Shown one piece after another: positions 1 to 9,216 of a stretch of 64,000 nucleotides of DNA. The translations under genes and the position numbers were made by a program. Numbering within the stretch: the first letter of the stretch is position 1; each line of letters begins with the position of its first letter. The stretch comes from an uncultured Ruminococcus sp. (GTDB lineage Bacteria; Bacillota; Clostridia; Oscillospirales; CAG-272): NCBI GenBank assembly GCA_964522215.1, contig CAZFVR010000002.1, positions 53,880 to 117,879 of the forward strand, in the 5' to 3' direction. Under the pieces are notes generated by a model. It made no database searches and had not been told where the DNA came from. It saw only the letters and a program-made list of their open reading frames with translations.

Positions 1-560
1 TAGTAGTCGGTAATATCAAGCGTGCCGGCTATATCGATATAGGTGGCATAGTCCATCTTATCCTGCATCGTGGCAAACAGTTTTTCGTAATCCATCGAAA
101 GATATCCGCCCGCCTCTGCAAGATAATAGCTCTTGTCGGGAACTACCGAGAGGTAAACATTGGCGCCCTTGCCCTCAATAAACTTTTTGTATACATACTC
201 AAATCTTGAGGCGGCATGGTCAAGCTTCTCTTCATTGAGGGGGTACTCAAGCTTTGCGGCGTAGCCGTCCTTGATGTATATATCATTGTTGTCGAGCTGA
301 CCGAACATATAGTAGGCGGCCATGGCCTTAAGCGTGCGCAGGGTGTCGCGCAGGGGAAATTGATCCTGCGTGTATTTTTCAAACTTAGTCATAAAAGTGC
401 CGTCCAGCAGAGTGGAGACAGAAAGGGTGGGAAGCTTGCTCAGCTCGCGGCGCTCACTGTCAGAAAATTCGCGGGTGGGGGAGACCCATGCGGCCACCGT
501 CATGCCCGCAAAAACGACCGCAACGAGCGCAAGGCAGATAATGCTTTTATATTTTTTCAT
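1..560 (-). CDS. DHHW/AlgJ-like partner protein of MBOAT acyltransferase (partial; 3-prime end lies beyond the window start)
   Basis: The reverse-strand frame opens with ATG at 558-560 (MKKYKSIICLALVAVVFAG.., then REFSDSERRELSKLP..FMTKFEKYTQDQFPLRD) and stays open to position 1. It begins 15 nt after the MBOAT stop, the usual MBOAT+DHHW pairing. It is missing from the ORF track because it is truncated. Confidence 0.6.
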   Translation of the reverse strand, partial: MKKYKSIICLALVAVVFAGMTVAAWVSPTREFSDSERRELSKLPTLSVSTLLDGTFMTKFEKYTQDQFPLRDTLRTLKAMAAYYMFGQLDNNDIYIKDGYAAKLEYPLNEEKLDHAASRFEYVYKKFIEGKGANVYLSVVPDKSYYLAEAGGYLSMDYEKLFATMQDKMDYATYIDIAGTLDITDY

Positions 561-574
561 CATTTTGTGCCTCC

Positions 575-1978
575 TCAGAATCTAAAATAAAGGAAGGGAT
601 TGTAGGAGCCGTCAACAAGATATGCTGTGCATACGATAAGCAGGGCGGCAAGCGTTATGGGCTCGGCAAAGGTCATGATGCTTTGACCAACGCGAGAGGT
701 GGAGACGCGTTGCCAAAGCTTTTTGGGGAGGGGAGTTGCTCCGATAATGGCGATAAGCAGTACCACACCGTAGCTGCGCAGGTAGTAGAGGAACTCGGCG
801 GAGACAAAGGAATATCCGCCCGCGCCAAACATTGCGCCGATGTAGGAGAAGGCCTGTCCCATGCTTGATGCATCGAATATTACAAAGGAGATGATGGTCA
901 GGATCAAAAGATATACATGGCTCAGCACGCGGCTCTTTTTAAGGTACTTCATCAGCCACACCTTTTCAATTATCAAAAGCACAGCGAAGTATAGTCCCCA
1001 AATTATAAAGTTCCAAGCCGCACCGTGCCAAAAGCCGGTGAGCATCCATACCACAAAGATATTAAAAAGGTGGCGTGCGCGGCTCACACGGTTGCCGCCA
1101 AGTGGAATGTACACATAGTCGCGGAACCATGAACCCAGCGACATGTGCCAGCGGCGCCAAAACTCAGTCGCGCTGGAGGAGATAAAGGGATAGTTAAAGT
1201 TTTCAAGAAAGTCAAAGCCAAAGATCTTTCCAAGACCTATGGCCATATCACTGTAGCCGGAAAAGTCAAAATACAGGTGCAGTGAGTAAGCTATGGCGTA
1301 GAGCCAGAAAAACAGGACGGACTTATCGTCCGATGCGCGAAAGATATCGCAAAGCTCGCCGAGAGTGTTGGCGATAAGTATCTTTTTGCCAAGACCCACC
1401 ATAAAGCGGCGCGCGCCGATCGCAGTCTTTTCTATCGTGTGAGTGCGGCATTTAAGCTGGTCTGCAACGTCGGAGTAACGAACGATGGGGCCGGCTATCA
1501 GCTGGGGAAAAAGTGCAACGTATGCGGCAAGGTCTATGGGGTTCTTTTGCGCCGCAACATCGCCGCGGTAAACATCAACGGTGTAGCTGAGGATCTGGAA
1601 GGTGTAAAAGCTTATGCCTATCGGCAGTGCGATCTTAAGCAGGGGGATGGAGAGCCCGGTTACCGCGTTGAAGTTTGAAATGAAGAAATCAACGTATTTA
1701 AAGTATCCGAGCATGGTAAGGCTTGATCCCACGGAGAGGATGATAAATAGCTGAGCCAGTGCACGGTTTGAGCGAAATCGCTCGATAAGAAGGCCAAATA
1801 CATAGCCGAGCGCGATGGAGAGCAGCATCCAAATTACATATCTCGGCTCGCCCCATGCGTAGAATACAAGGCTTGAGAGGAGCAGGACACTGTTTTTGAG
1901 GCACTTGGGTGCTATTATATACAAAAGTATCACGCAGGGCAAAAAGTAAAACAAAAACGGTATGCTTGAGAATAACAT
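575..1978 (-). CDS. MBOAT family O-acyltransferase (AlgI/DltB-like)
   Basis: 467-aa polytopic membrane protein. The N-terminus MLFSSIPFLFYFLP.. and the ..FWRRWHMSLGSWFRDYVYIPLGGNR..FWHGAAW block are typical of MBOAT proteins. Confidence 0.9.
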   Translation of the reverse strand: MLFSSIPFLFYFLPCVILLYIIAPKCLKNSVLLLSSLVFYAWGEPRYVIWMLLSIALGYVFGLLIERFRSNRALAQLFIILSVGSSLTMLGYFKYVDFFISNFNAVTGLSIPLLKIALPIGISFYTFQILSYTVDVYRGDVAAQKNPIDLAAYVALFPQLIAGPIVRYSDVADQLKCRTHTIEKTAIGARRFMVGLGKKILIANTLGELCDIFRASDDKSVLFFWLYAIAYSLHLYFDFSGYSDMAIGLGKIFGFDFLENFNYPFISSSATEFWRRWHMSLGSWFRDYVYIPLGGNRVSRARHLFNIFVVWMLTGFWHGAAWNFIIWGLYFAVLLIIEKVWLMKYLKKSRVLSHVYLLILTIISFVIFDASSMGQAFSYIGAMFGAGGYSFVSAEFLYYLRSYGVVLLIAIIGATPLPKKLWQRVSTSRVGQSIMTFAEPITLAALLIVCTAYLVDGSYNPFLYFRF

Positions 1979-2145
1979 TTTAAATACCTATATCTGAATT
2001 TTATTTTTGCGTCTCGCAGAGGCTTTTGAGGGTCAATCTTGTGCCTCTTACCGCTCTGCGGCATAATGATAGGGGTCGGGCGCATGCGCGCGACCCCTAT
2101 GTTGGATTTGGGTTATTGTAAGATCGTATCTGTTTTGCTTTTTGA

Positions 2146-2862
2146 TCACTCAACCATGGCGGGAGCATCAACGAGGACCTTTGCGGATCCCTCAACAGCG
2201 GCTGCAGCCTTGGCAAGGTTATCTATGTTGCCCTCGTGACCGAAAGCGAATACAAGGTAATCACCGATGGAGATAACAACTACCTTATCGGGGAAGCCGC
2301 ACATCCAACGCTGACCCTGGATAGCGGTCTTGTATGCCTCTGCAAACTCGGCAGCCTTGCTGCTGTCCTTAAGCTTTACGGCGGCGGAGGCAAAGGTGTT
2401 GGTGTTCATCATGTGGAGGAGGGTGGCAACATCGGTCGAGTCGATCATGGCAAAAAGCTCATCGGTGAGGTGAGTCATGTATGTGAAGGTGTTCTTAAGG
2501 TCCTCGCCGGAGATAACAAGAGCCTCGGTCTCAGCATCGCCGTTCTTAATGGTCTCGTATACGTCAGCAAAAAGGTAAGCGCCGGGGCCGTCCATTGTGT
2601 CGTTGCCCATGCTTCCGCCGCCGCTGGGGAACTTGTTGTCATCGCCGAAAGCGGCCCAGATCTTGGTGTAAAGGTCAAGGGCGGAGTCAAAAGCAGGCTT
2701 CGGAGCTTCGGTCTCGGGGGCCTCGGTGTTGCCGGTAGGAGCGTTGCTGCTGTCTGCGGGAGCGGCGGTGGTATTCTCACCGTCGCCGTTTGCGTTGCAG
2801 GCTACAAGAGAGACGGAGAGCAGCATGAGTGCCGCAAGAAGAAGTGCAAGTGTTTTTTTCAT
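2146..2862 (-). CDS. Putative secreted lipoprotein, function unknown
   Basis: Signal peptide with lipobox (MKKTLALLLAALMLLSVSLVAC) followed by a low-complexity linker. It is the last gene of the sigma/anti-sigma operon. Confidence 0.7.
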   Translation of the reverse strand: MKKTLALLLAALMLLSVSLVACNANGDGENTTAAPADSSNAPTGNTEAPETEAPKPAFDSALDLYTKIWAAFGDDNKFPSGGGSMGNDTMDGPGAYLFADVYETIKNGDAETEALVISGEDLKNTFTYMTHLTDELFAMIDSTDVATLLHMMNTNTFASAAVKLKDSSKAAEFAEAYKTAIQGQRWMCGFPDKVVVISIGDYLVFAFGHEGNIDNLAKAAAAVEGSAKVLVDAPAMVE

Positions 2863-2967
2863 TTTTTTGTTTTTCCTTTCGATAGTGGGTCTGTTTTGTT
2901 TTGTTTTTTTATTGTTTGCGGATCATGTTCGGGATCCGTCTGTCCGATGTATGGGACGGGTGTCCCA

Positions 2968-3516
2968 TCAGTCAAGTGCTGAGGTGATGGTAAGCGTGTT
3001 TCCACCCTCGCTGACGGTAGCCGTCAGTTTTACGCACTCGTCCTTGGATCTCAGCGTCAGCTCAAAGGAATCACCGGTGGTAGGATCTATGATCCAAATG
3101 ATCTCGGTAACCTCGGAGATGGTGAGGTCCTTGTGTGCCGTCTCGCCGTCAAGTGCGACCGCTCCGCCGTTGCCGGCTGTGATGCTTACATCGCCATGCT
3201 TGGCCGAGACCTGCAGGGTTATGGCCGTTCCCGGGGTCGAACGAGGGGAGAGGGGAGCGGCGAGTGGTATCTCTATCGGCTCATTTGAGATGCCGCGGGC
3301 CGCTACCCTTGTTCCGTTTACGCTGACCACGATGTCAGCGCTCCTTTGCATCGTTACAAGCACCATGGCAAACACCGCAATAAGGCATGCGGCGGCGGCC
3401 GCGTATCTTGTTATCATAACAAAGGTGCGCTCTCTTTTTGGGAACGGCAGGCGCGCTTCTTCCAGCAGATCGTCATCGATCTCACCGATGGCTCGCGCCA
3501 GTAGATCGTTTTTCAT
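2968..3516 (-). CDS. Putative anti-sigma factor (single-pass membrane protein)
   Basis: N-terminal cytoplasmic segment (..AIGEIDDDLLEEA..), one TM helix (YAAAAACLIAVFAMVLV) and an extracytoplasmic domain. It starts 24 nt after the ECF sigma gene. Confidence 0.6.
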   Translation of the reverse strand: MKNDLLARAIGEIDDDLLEEARLPFPKRERTFVMITRYAAAAACLIAVFAMVLVTMQRSADIVVSVNGTRVAARGISNEPIEIPLAAPLSPRSTPGTAITLQVSAKHGDVSITAGNGGAVALDGETAHKDLTISEVTEIIWIIDPTTGDSFELTLRSKDECVKLTATVSEGGNTLTITSALD

Positions 3517-3540
3517 TTTGTCGTGCCTTCCTTTCCCATT

Positions 3541-4101
3541 TTAAACGGTGATACCGTCCTTTTCCAAATGTGCTTTCAGCTTTGAGCGCATACGAAACAG
3601 GAGCGATTTTACGCGGCTCTCGCTTATGCCAAACCGCTCTGCGATCTCCGCTATGGGATCACAGTAAAAATACCTGCACACAAAGACCCTCCGGTCCAGT
3701 GATTTTTGCGTGTGCAAAAAATCGCTGATGCTTGCTCCGATAAGTCCGACTCGCTCGTCATTTTCCACCGGTTCACCTCCCGGAACGCACTCGTCAAGCT
3801 CATCAAGAGAAACCGTAAACTCGTTAATTGCACGCTTTTCCGCATACCTCATATTGTAGCGGTTTATCGAGAGGTTTCTTGTGATCTTTCCAAGGTAGGT
3901 GGCAAGATTGGACGGTCGCTTGGGCGGTATCGAGCGCCATGCGCCGAGCCATGTGTCATTAACACACTCCTCGCTGTCCAGCTCGTCATAAAGAATGTTC
4001 ATGGCGATCTTGGTGCAGTACGCTCCGTACTTTGTTTGCGATTCGGCTATCGCCTGCTCGTCTCTTTTAAAGTACAACTCAACTATTGCTTCGTCGTTCA
4101 T
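3541..4101 (-). CDS. RNA polymerase sigma-70 factor, ECF-type
   Basis: 186 aa. Region 2 (..ECVNDTWLGAW..) and a region 4 HTH (..IAEIAERFGISESRVKSLLFRMRSKLK..) are recognisable. Confidence 0.85.
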   Translation of the reverse strand: MNDEAIVELYFKRDEQAIAESQTKYGAYCTKIAMNILYDELDSEECVNDTWLGAWRSIPPKRPSNLATYLGKITRNLSINRYNMRYAEKRAINEFTVSLDELDECVPGGEPVENDERVGLIGASISDFLHTQKSLDRRVFVCRYFYCDPIAEIAERFGISESRVKSLLFRMRSKLKAHLEKDGITV

Positions 4102-4317
4102 GCAGTCACCTCATATCACTGCGTTCCTACCCTTATACACAGCAAAATTTCGGGTAGGTTGCATTTTTTCAAAAAAACTTTTTAAAAAACAAAAAATAAA
4201 AATCAGATGCACAAAGAATAAAACAGTCGCCGGACAATGCCGGGCGACTGTTTTGGCCTGTCGGCGTGTGATGTTCACAGCTCATCGCGCGGCGATCTTT
4301 ATTGCTCGGGTATCAAA

Positions 4318-4647
4318 TTACAGTACTATTTTAACACCCGGGGCCACGTATTTAAATATAAGGTATGCCAGCACAGCCTGGCACAAAATGATCAGAGGTA
4401 TGCCCAGCATAAATTTGGCGTGTTTTGTTTTGTGGCGTATGGCGAGCATTGTGGTCAGCATCGCTACCGAGCCGCCAACGAGCGAGAGTGCCAAAAGCGA
4501 GCTCTCGCGTATGCGGCGGTCGGTGCGGTGCTTGGATGCCCATTTATCATATATCGTTATGATGACGGATATAAGCGATATCAGCGCAAGATATATAATA
4601 GGAATAAATATCGGCAGGATGGGGCCGGTACAGCTCTTGATCTCCAA
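4318..4647 (-). CDS. DUF1294-like small membrane protein
   Basis: 109 aa. The ..YDKWASKHRTDRRIRESSLLALSLVGGSVAMLTTMLAIRHKTKH.. pattern is characteristic of DUF1294 proteins. Confidence 0.7.
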   Translation of the reverse strand: MEIKSCTGPILPIFIPIIYLALISLISVIITIYDKWASKHRTDRRIRESSLLALSLVGGSVAMLTTMLAIRHKTKHAKFMLGIPLIILCQAVLAYLIFKYVAPGVKIVL

Positions 4648-4671
4648 AGCAATCGAAAAAGCTGTCCTCTT

Positions 4672-6375
4672 TTATTGCTTTTTGGGGAAGCTGTCCTTAA
4701 GTCCAACTATGCGGTTGAACGTGCCGGGGTTTTTGGTATCCTTAACATAGTAGCCGTTGCGCACGAACTGGAAGCGCTCGCCGGGGGCGGCATCCGCCAA
4801 GGACGGCTCAACCATACAGCCCTCAAGCTTTGTGGCGGAGCAGGGATCGAGATAATCGCCGTAGGTCTTGCCCTCGGGCATATCATCGATGTTTTCAAGC
4901 GTGAAAAGATGGTCGTAAAGCATGATGTCGGCACGTGCGGCATTGGCGGCGGAGAGCCAATGGATAGTCCCCTTTATCTTTCTGCCGTCGGTGGGATTAC
5001 CGTTGCCGGCCTCAAGATCGGCGGTGCAGTGCACGGCTGCAATGCTGCCGTCGTCGTTGTGGTCAACGGATACACAGCGCACGATGTATCCGCCCATAAG
5101 TCTTACCTCGCCCTCCGGCTTGAGCCTGAAGAACTTGGGCGGCGGGACCTCGGCAAAATCATCGGCATCGATGTACAGCTCACGCGTGAATGCAAGCCGC
5201 CTCGTTCCTGCCTCGGGATCCTGCGGGTTGTTTGGCAGCTCAAAGTACTCTGCTTTGTCGGCGGGGTAGTTGTCAACTATAAGCTTCAGGGGCTTCATTA
5301 TCGCAATGCGGCGGGGAGCGGTGCGGTTAAGCTCCTCGCGAATGCAGTGCTCAAGCAGCTCTATATCCACAACGCTGTAGGCCTTGGAGACGCCCGCGCG
5401 GTCAACAAAGTCAAATATCGCCTCCGGTGTGTAGCCGCGGCGGCGCAGACCGCAAAGTGTGGGCATGCGGGGATCGTCCCAGCCGTCCACCAGACCGTCC
5501 TCCACGAGCTGACGCAGATATCTCTTGCTCATAACTGTGTGGGTAACGTTGAGGCGCGCAAACTCGCGCTGCTTCGGCTTCTGCTCAAAGCCTATGTTGT
5601 CCACCACCCACTCATAAAGCGGGCGGTGATTTTCAAATTCTATCGAACAGCAGGAGTGTGTTATACCCTCAAGCGCATCCTGTATCGGATGTGCATAGTC
5701 ATAAAGCGGATATATGCACCATTTGTTGCCCTGGCGGTGATGCTCGGTGTGCAGTATGCGGTATATCGCGGGGTCGCGCATGTTCATGTTGGGAGATGCC
5801 ATGTCTATCTTGGCACGCAGTGTGTGAGAGCCATCGGGGAACTCGCCGCGCTTCATGCGCTCAAAAAGCTCAAGGTTCTCCTCAACCGTTCTGTTGCGGC
5901 AGGGTGATTCACGTCCCGGCTCTGTCAGCGTGCCGCGGTACTCCTTCATCTCCTCGGCGCTGAGGTCATCAACATATGCCTTGCCGTCGCGGATCAGCTT
6001 TAGGGCAAACTCGTAGCATTTGTCAAAATAGTCGGACCCGTAATAGATGCCGCCGGTCGGCTTGCATCCCAGCCAGCAAAGATCCTCGTATATCGACTTA
6101 ACATACTCGTCTCCCTCTCTTACGGGGTTGGTGTCGTCATAGCGGAGATTGAAAAGTCCGTGATATTTTTTGGCTATCAGCCAGTTTATGCGTATCGCCT
6201 TGGCCGAGCCTATGTGCAGATATCCGTTCGGTTCGGGGGGGAAGCGGGTGTGGATCTTAAGCTCGGGGTCGGCACGCAGATCCTCATCGATTATATCGTG
6301 AATAAAGTTGCCGTTTATCTCGGCGGTCTCGTTTTCAGTTTTGTTGATCTCTTTGATCTCTTCTTTGTTTTCCAT
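4672..6375 (-). CDS. glnS: Glutamine--tRNA ligase
   Basis: 567 aa with a class I HIGH region (RFPPEPNGYLHIGSAKA) and overall GlnRS architecture. It lies 45 nt downstream of gltX. Confidence 0.93.
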   Translation of the reverse strand: MENKEEIKEINKTENETAEINGNFIHDIIDEDLRADPELKIHTRFPPEPNGYLHIGSAKAIRINWLIAKKYHGLFNLRYDDTNPVREGDEYVKSIYEDLCWLGCKPTGGIYYGSDYFDKCYEFALKLIRDGKAYVDDLSAEEMKEYRGTLTEPGRESPCRNRTVEENLELFERMKRGEFPDGSHTLRAKIDMASPNMNMRDPAIYRILHTEHHRQGNKWCIYPLYDYAHPIQDALEGITHSCCSIEFENHRPLYEWVVDNIGFEQKPKQREFARLNVTHTVMSKRYLRQLVEDGLVDGWDDPRMPTLCGLRRRGYTPEAIFDFVDRAGVSKAYSVVDIELLEHCIREELNRTAPRRIAIMKPLKLIVDNYPADKAEYFELPNNPQDPEAGTRRLAFTRELYIDADDFAEVPPPKFFRLKPEGEVRLMGGYIVRCVSVDHNDDGSIAAVHCTADLEAGNGNPTDGRKIKGTIHWLSAANAARADIMLYDHLFTLENIDDMPEGKTYGDYLDPCSATKLEGCMVEPSLADAAPGERFQFVRNGYYVKDTKNPGTFNRIVGLKDSFPKKQ

Positions 6376-6420
6376 ATCATAAATACCTTTCGGTCGATAA
6401 TTTAGGTGATCCGCGGGGGA

Positions 6421-8109
6421 TCAAAGTGCCGCGCACAGCTCGCGCACGCGGTAGGCGGTACGCTCTGCGCCAAGCAGGTGGATGACGGTGTAAAGATCCG
6501 GCGAGTTCATTCTGCCGGTCACCGCCACGCGTATGAACATACTGACATCCGCCACACTGCCGCGGTAGGCGGTGGGGTCTGCCTTGTAGCTGCGCATATC
6601 CGTGGCATAGCCAAGCTTTGCGGCTATCGCCTTTATCTTTTCAAACCACGCATCGGTATCGTCTCCCATGTCAAGCGTGTCCGAAAACTCAGAGAGCGCG
6701 GTCTTTACATCCGCGCGGTCAAAGCTCTCGGGTATCTCATCCTCGCGGCTGAAGAGCTCGTCGTAAAAGAAGCCCGCAAAGCCGCGCACCTCGCTCCAAA
6801 GGCCGTAATCCTTGCGCGGCTTTTTGCCGCCGCGACCTATCGAAAGTATCGCGCGCGCATAGTCGGGGTCACGATCGAGGAGAGCGAAAAATTCGGGATC
6901 ATACTCCCGCGCCCACGCGGAGAGCTGACTGTAGACCTCCTCGGCACTCATGCGGGATACCACGTTTTTGGAGACGTCCTCTATCTTGGCACGGTCAAAA
7001 AGACAGCCGGAGGCGCACATCTTTTTAATGTCAAATTTAAAATCGGTAAAGGGCAGGTCGCGGTTTTGCATGCGCCATTCCTCAAAGTTGGAGTTGAGGA
7101 CGGTCAAAAGATATTCGGAGACCGCCGCAGGCGCGTAGCCGTCCCGCTCGTAATCGTTCATGTTGGCGCCAAGGTCGCGCTTTGAAAACTTCTTCTTGTT
7201 GCCAAGCTCGTCAAGCCGCATTATCTGTGCGGTATGCAGATATTTGGGCAGGCGGAAGCCGAGATAACGGAAAAGCTGTATGTGCTTTGCCACGCTCGGC
7301 AGCCATTCCTCGCCTCGTATTACGTGTGTGGTGCGCATAAGGTGATCGTCCACCGCGTGCGCAAAGTGATAGGTGGGAATGCCGTCGCTCTTGAGCAGAA
7401 CAAAATCCTCGTCGTTTTCGGGTATCTCAAGCTTGCCCTTTACAAGATCGGTAAAGGGAGTTTTCTTTTCAGGGTCGCCGTCGGCAAGTATGCGCAGTAC
7501 AAATTTGTTGCCTGCGGCAAGATTTTTTTCTACATCCTCAAGGGTAAACTCGCGCTGTCGGCGCATGGCGGCCTTTTGCTCGGCCTCAAGCTCGGGTGTC
7601 CATTCACGGGACTTCACCTCCGCCTTTTTGTCTATCGCGTCAAGCGCCACAAGCTCCTCATCGGTGGTAAAGCAAGGGTATGCCTTGCCCTCGGCAACCA
7701 GCTTTTTGGCGTAAACGTGATAGATGTCTCCGCGCAGGCTCTGCTTATAGGGACCGTAATTGCCGCGGTCTGTTATCTCGCCGCCCTCTCCTATCGCCGC
7801 GCCCTCGTCAAAGCGAATGCCGTAGCGTGCCAAAGTGTTTATAAGCCCCTCGGCAGCGCCCGGGACCTCGCGCTTTGCATCGGTATCCTCAATGCGAAGA
7901 TAAAAAACTCCGCCGGATTGATGGGCAAGCCTCTCGCCTACCATTGTTTGATATACACCGCCTATATGCACAAAGCCTGTGGGGCTTGGCGCAAAGCGCG
8001 TGACCTTTGCCCCCTCGGGCAGGTCGCGGGGCGGATATTTTTCTTCAAGCTCTTCCGGTGTCATCTCAACATCGGGAAAGAGCATTTCTGCTAAACGAAC
8101 GTTATCCAT
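6421..8109 (-). CDS. gltX: Glutamate--tRNA ligase
   Basis: The HIGH region RFAPSPTGFVHIGG and a KFSKRD (KMSKS-like) motif are present. I place the start at ATG 8109 (MDNVRLAEMLFP) behind a GAGGG SD, rather than at the track start 8157. Confidence 0.9.
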   Translation of the reverse strand: MDNVRLAEMLFPDVEMTPEELEEKYPPRDLPEGAKVTRFAPSPTGFVHIGGVYQTMVGERLAHQSGGVFYLRIEDTDAKREVPGAAEGLINTLARYGIRFDEGAAIGEGGEITDRGNYGPYKQSLRGDIYHVYAKKLVAEGKAYPCFTTDEELVALDAIDKKAEVKSREWTPELEAEQKAAMRRQREFTLEDVEKNLAAGNKFVLRILADGDPEKKTPFTDLVKGKLEIPENDEDFVLLKSDGIPTYHFAHAVDDHLMRTTHVIRGEEWLPSVAKHIQLFRYLGFRLPKYLHTAQIMRLDELGNKKKFSKRDLGANMNDYERDGYAPAAVSEYLLTVLNSNFEEWRMQNRDLPFTDFKFDIKKMCASGCLFDRAKIEDVSKNVVSRMSAEEVYSQLSAWAREYDPEFFALLDRDPDYARAILSIGRGGKKPRKDYGLWSEVRGFAGFFYDELFSREDEIPESFDRADVKTALSEFSDTLDMGDDTDAWFEKIKAIAAKLGYATDMRSYKADPTAYRGSVADVSMFIRVAVTGRMNSPDLYTVIHLLGAERTAYRVRELCAAL

Positions 8110-8254
8110 GTTACCCTCTCTGGTGTCCTTTTTGTGTTTATTGCGTTTATTGAGCAAATAAGTCGGGGTGGTGCCATAATATGCCGCAATAAATAAAAGT
8201 AAGATAAAATATTATTACATCTTATTTTATCACAAACCGGCGCAAATGTCTACA

Positions 8255-8355
8255 TAAAAAAGCGCAAAAAGCGCAAAAACACGAATAAAACCGCAGCATC
8301 GGCCGTGTTTTTGCCTCCGCCTTGTTAGTTCCATCGTATTTTTGCGCCTTTGCGC
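8255..8355 (-). terminator. Long nested intrinsic terminator after the ABC transporter operon
   Basis: On the reverse-strand RNA, GCGCAAAGGCGCAAAAAUACG (8335-8355) pairs with CGUGUUUUUGCGCUUUUUGCGC (8262-8283), including G-U pairs. A U6 run follows. Confidence 0.6.
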
Positions 8356-8426
8356 TGCTCGGGCGGCTCTCCTGACTCCCGGGGCTTGGCTCCGGGTCAA
8401 GCTCCGAGCCAAGCTCCGGTTGATGC

Positions 8427-9128
8427 TTACCCTCTTGAATGATACGGCTCAAGGTGGCCGTTCTCCATTGAAAATATCCTGTCCGCTCGCTCGGCTATCG
8501 ACATATCGTGCGTGACCATTATAAGCGTTTGCCCCATGACCTCCTTGGTGCGCAAAAGCAGCTCAAGTACCTCATCGGCATTGCGGCGGTCAAGGTTGCC
8601 TGTCGGTTCGTCCGCAAATACCACCTGCGGACGGTTTATCAGCGCACGCGCTATCGATACGCGCTGTTGCTGACCGCCGGAAAGCTCGCTTGGCAGGTGG
8701 TGCAGTCTGTCACCGATATCAAGTGTGGCAACAAGTTTTTTCAGGTGTTCCTCATAGCTTACATCATCCTTGTTGCACATAAGTGTGGGAATGAGTATGT
8801 TTTCAAGCGCGGTGAACTGCGAGATCAGGTTGTGGTTTTGAAATACCATTCCTATATAGTTGCCGCGAAATTCGGCAAGCTCGTCCGCCGACATGGCTGT
8901 AATATCGTTGCCGCGAACCACTATCTTGCCGGAATTCGGTCGGTCAAGCCCCGCCAATATGTGAAGCAGTGTGCTCTTGCCCGAACCGGATGTTCCGATT
9001 ATCGCCACAAATTCCCCCTCTCGCACATCAAAGGTCGCGCGGTTTACGGCTGTCACCACCGTGTCATATTGGCGGTATTGCTTTATAACGTCACGTGCCT
9101 CAAGTATCTTTCTTTTTTCCTGTTCCAT
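8427..9128 (-). CDS. ABC transporter ATP-binding protein (MacB/LolD-like)
   Basis: Walker A (GTSGSGKST), signature (LSGGQQQR) and Walker B (VVFADEPT) motifs are all present. Confidence 0.92.
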   Translation of the reverse strand: MEQEKRKILEARDVIKQYRQYDTVVTAVNRATFDVREGEFVAIIGTSGSGKSTLLHILAGLDRPNSGKIVVRGNDITAMSADELAEFRGNYIGMVFQNHNLISQFTALENILIPTLMCNKDDVSYEEHLKKLVATLDIGDRLHHLPSELSGGQQQRVSIARALINRPQVVFADEPTGNLDRRNADEVLELLLRTKEVMGQTLIMVTHDMSIAERADRIFSMENGHLEPYHSRG

Positions 9129-9216
9129 GACTTTATCGTTCCTTACAATTCTGATTATTCCGATTATTATCCAATGCGATGTGTTTTAATATTTATATTT
9201 ATGCGACAGACCTTTG

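Noticed and set aside
4237-5907. 556-aa forward ORF across glnS.
   Set aside because: It is antisense to a clear GlnRS gene and has an implausible composition. Long shadow ORFs like this are typical where third-position GC is high.
8110-8426. Possible T-box or other riboswitch upstream of gltX.
   Set aside because: No T-box sequence and no specifier-like architecture. The main structure is the upstream operon's terminator, and the rest is AT-rich promoter-like DNA.
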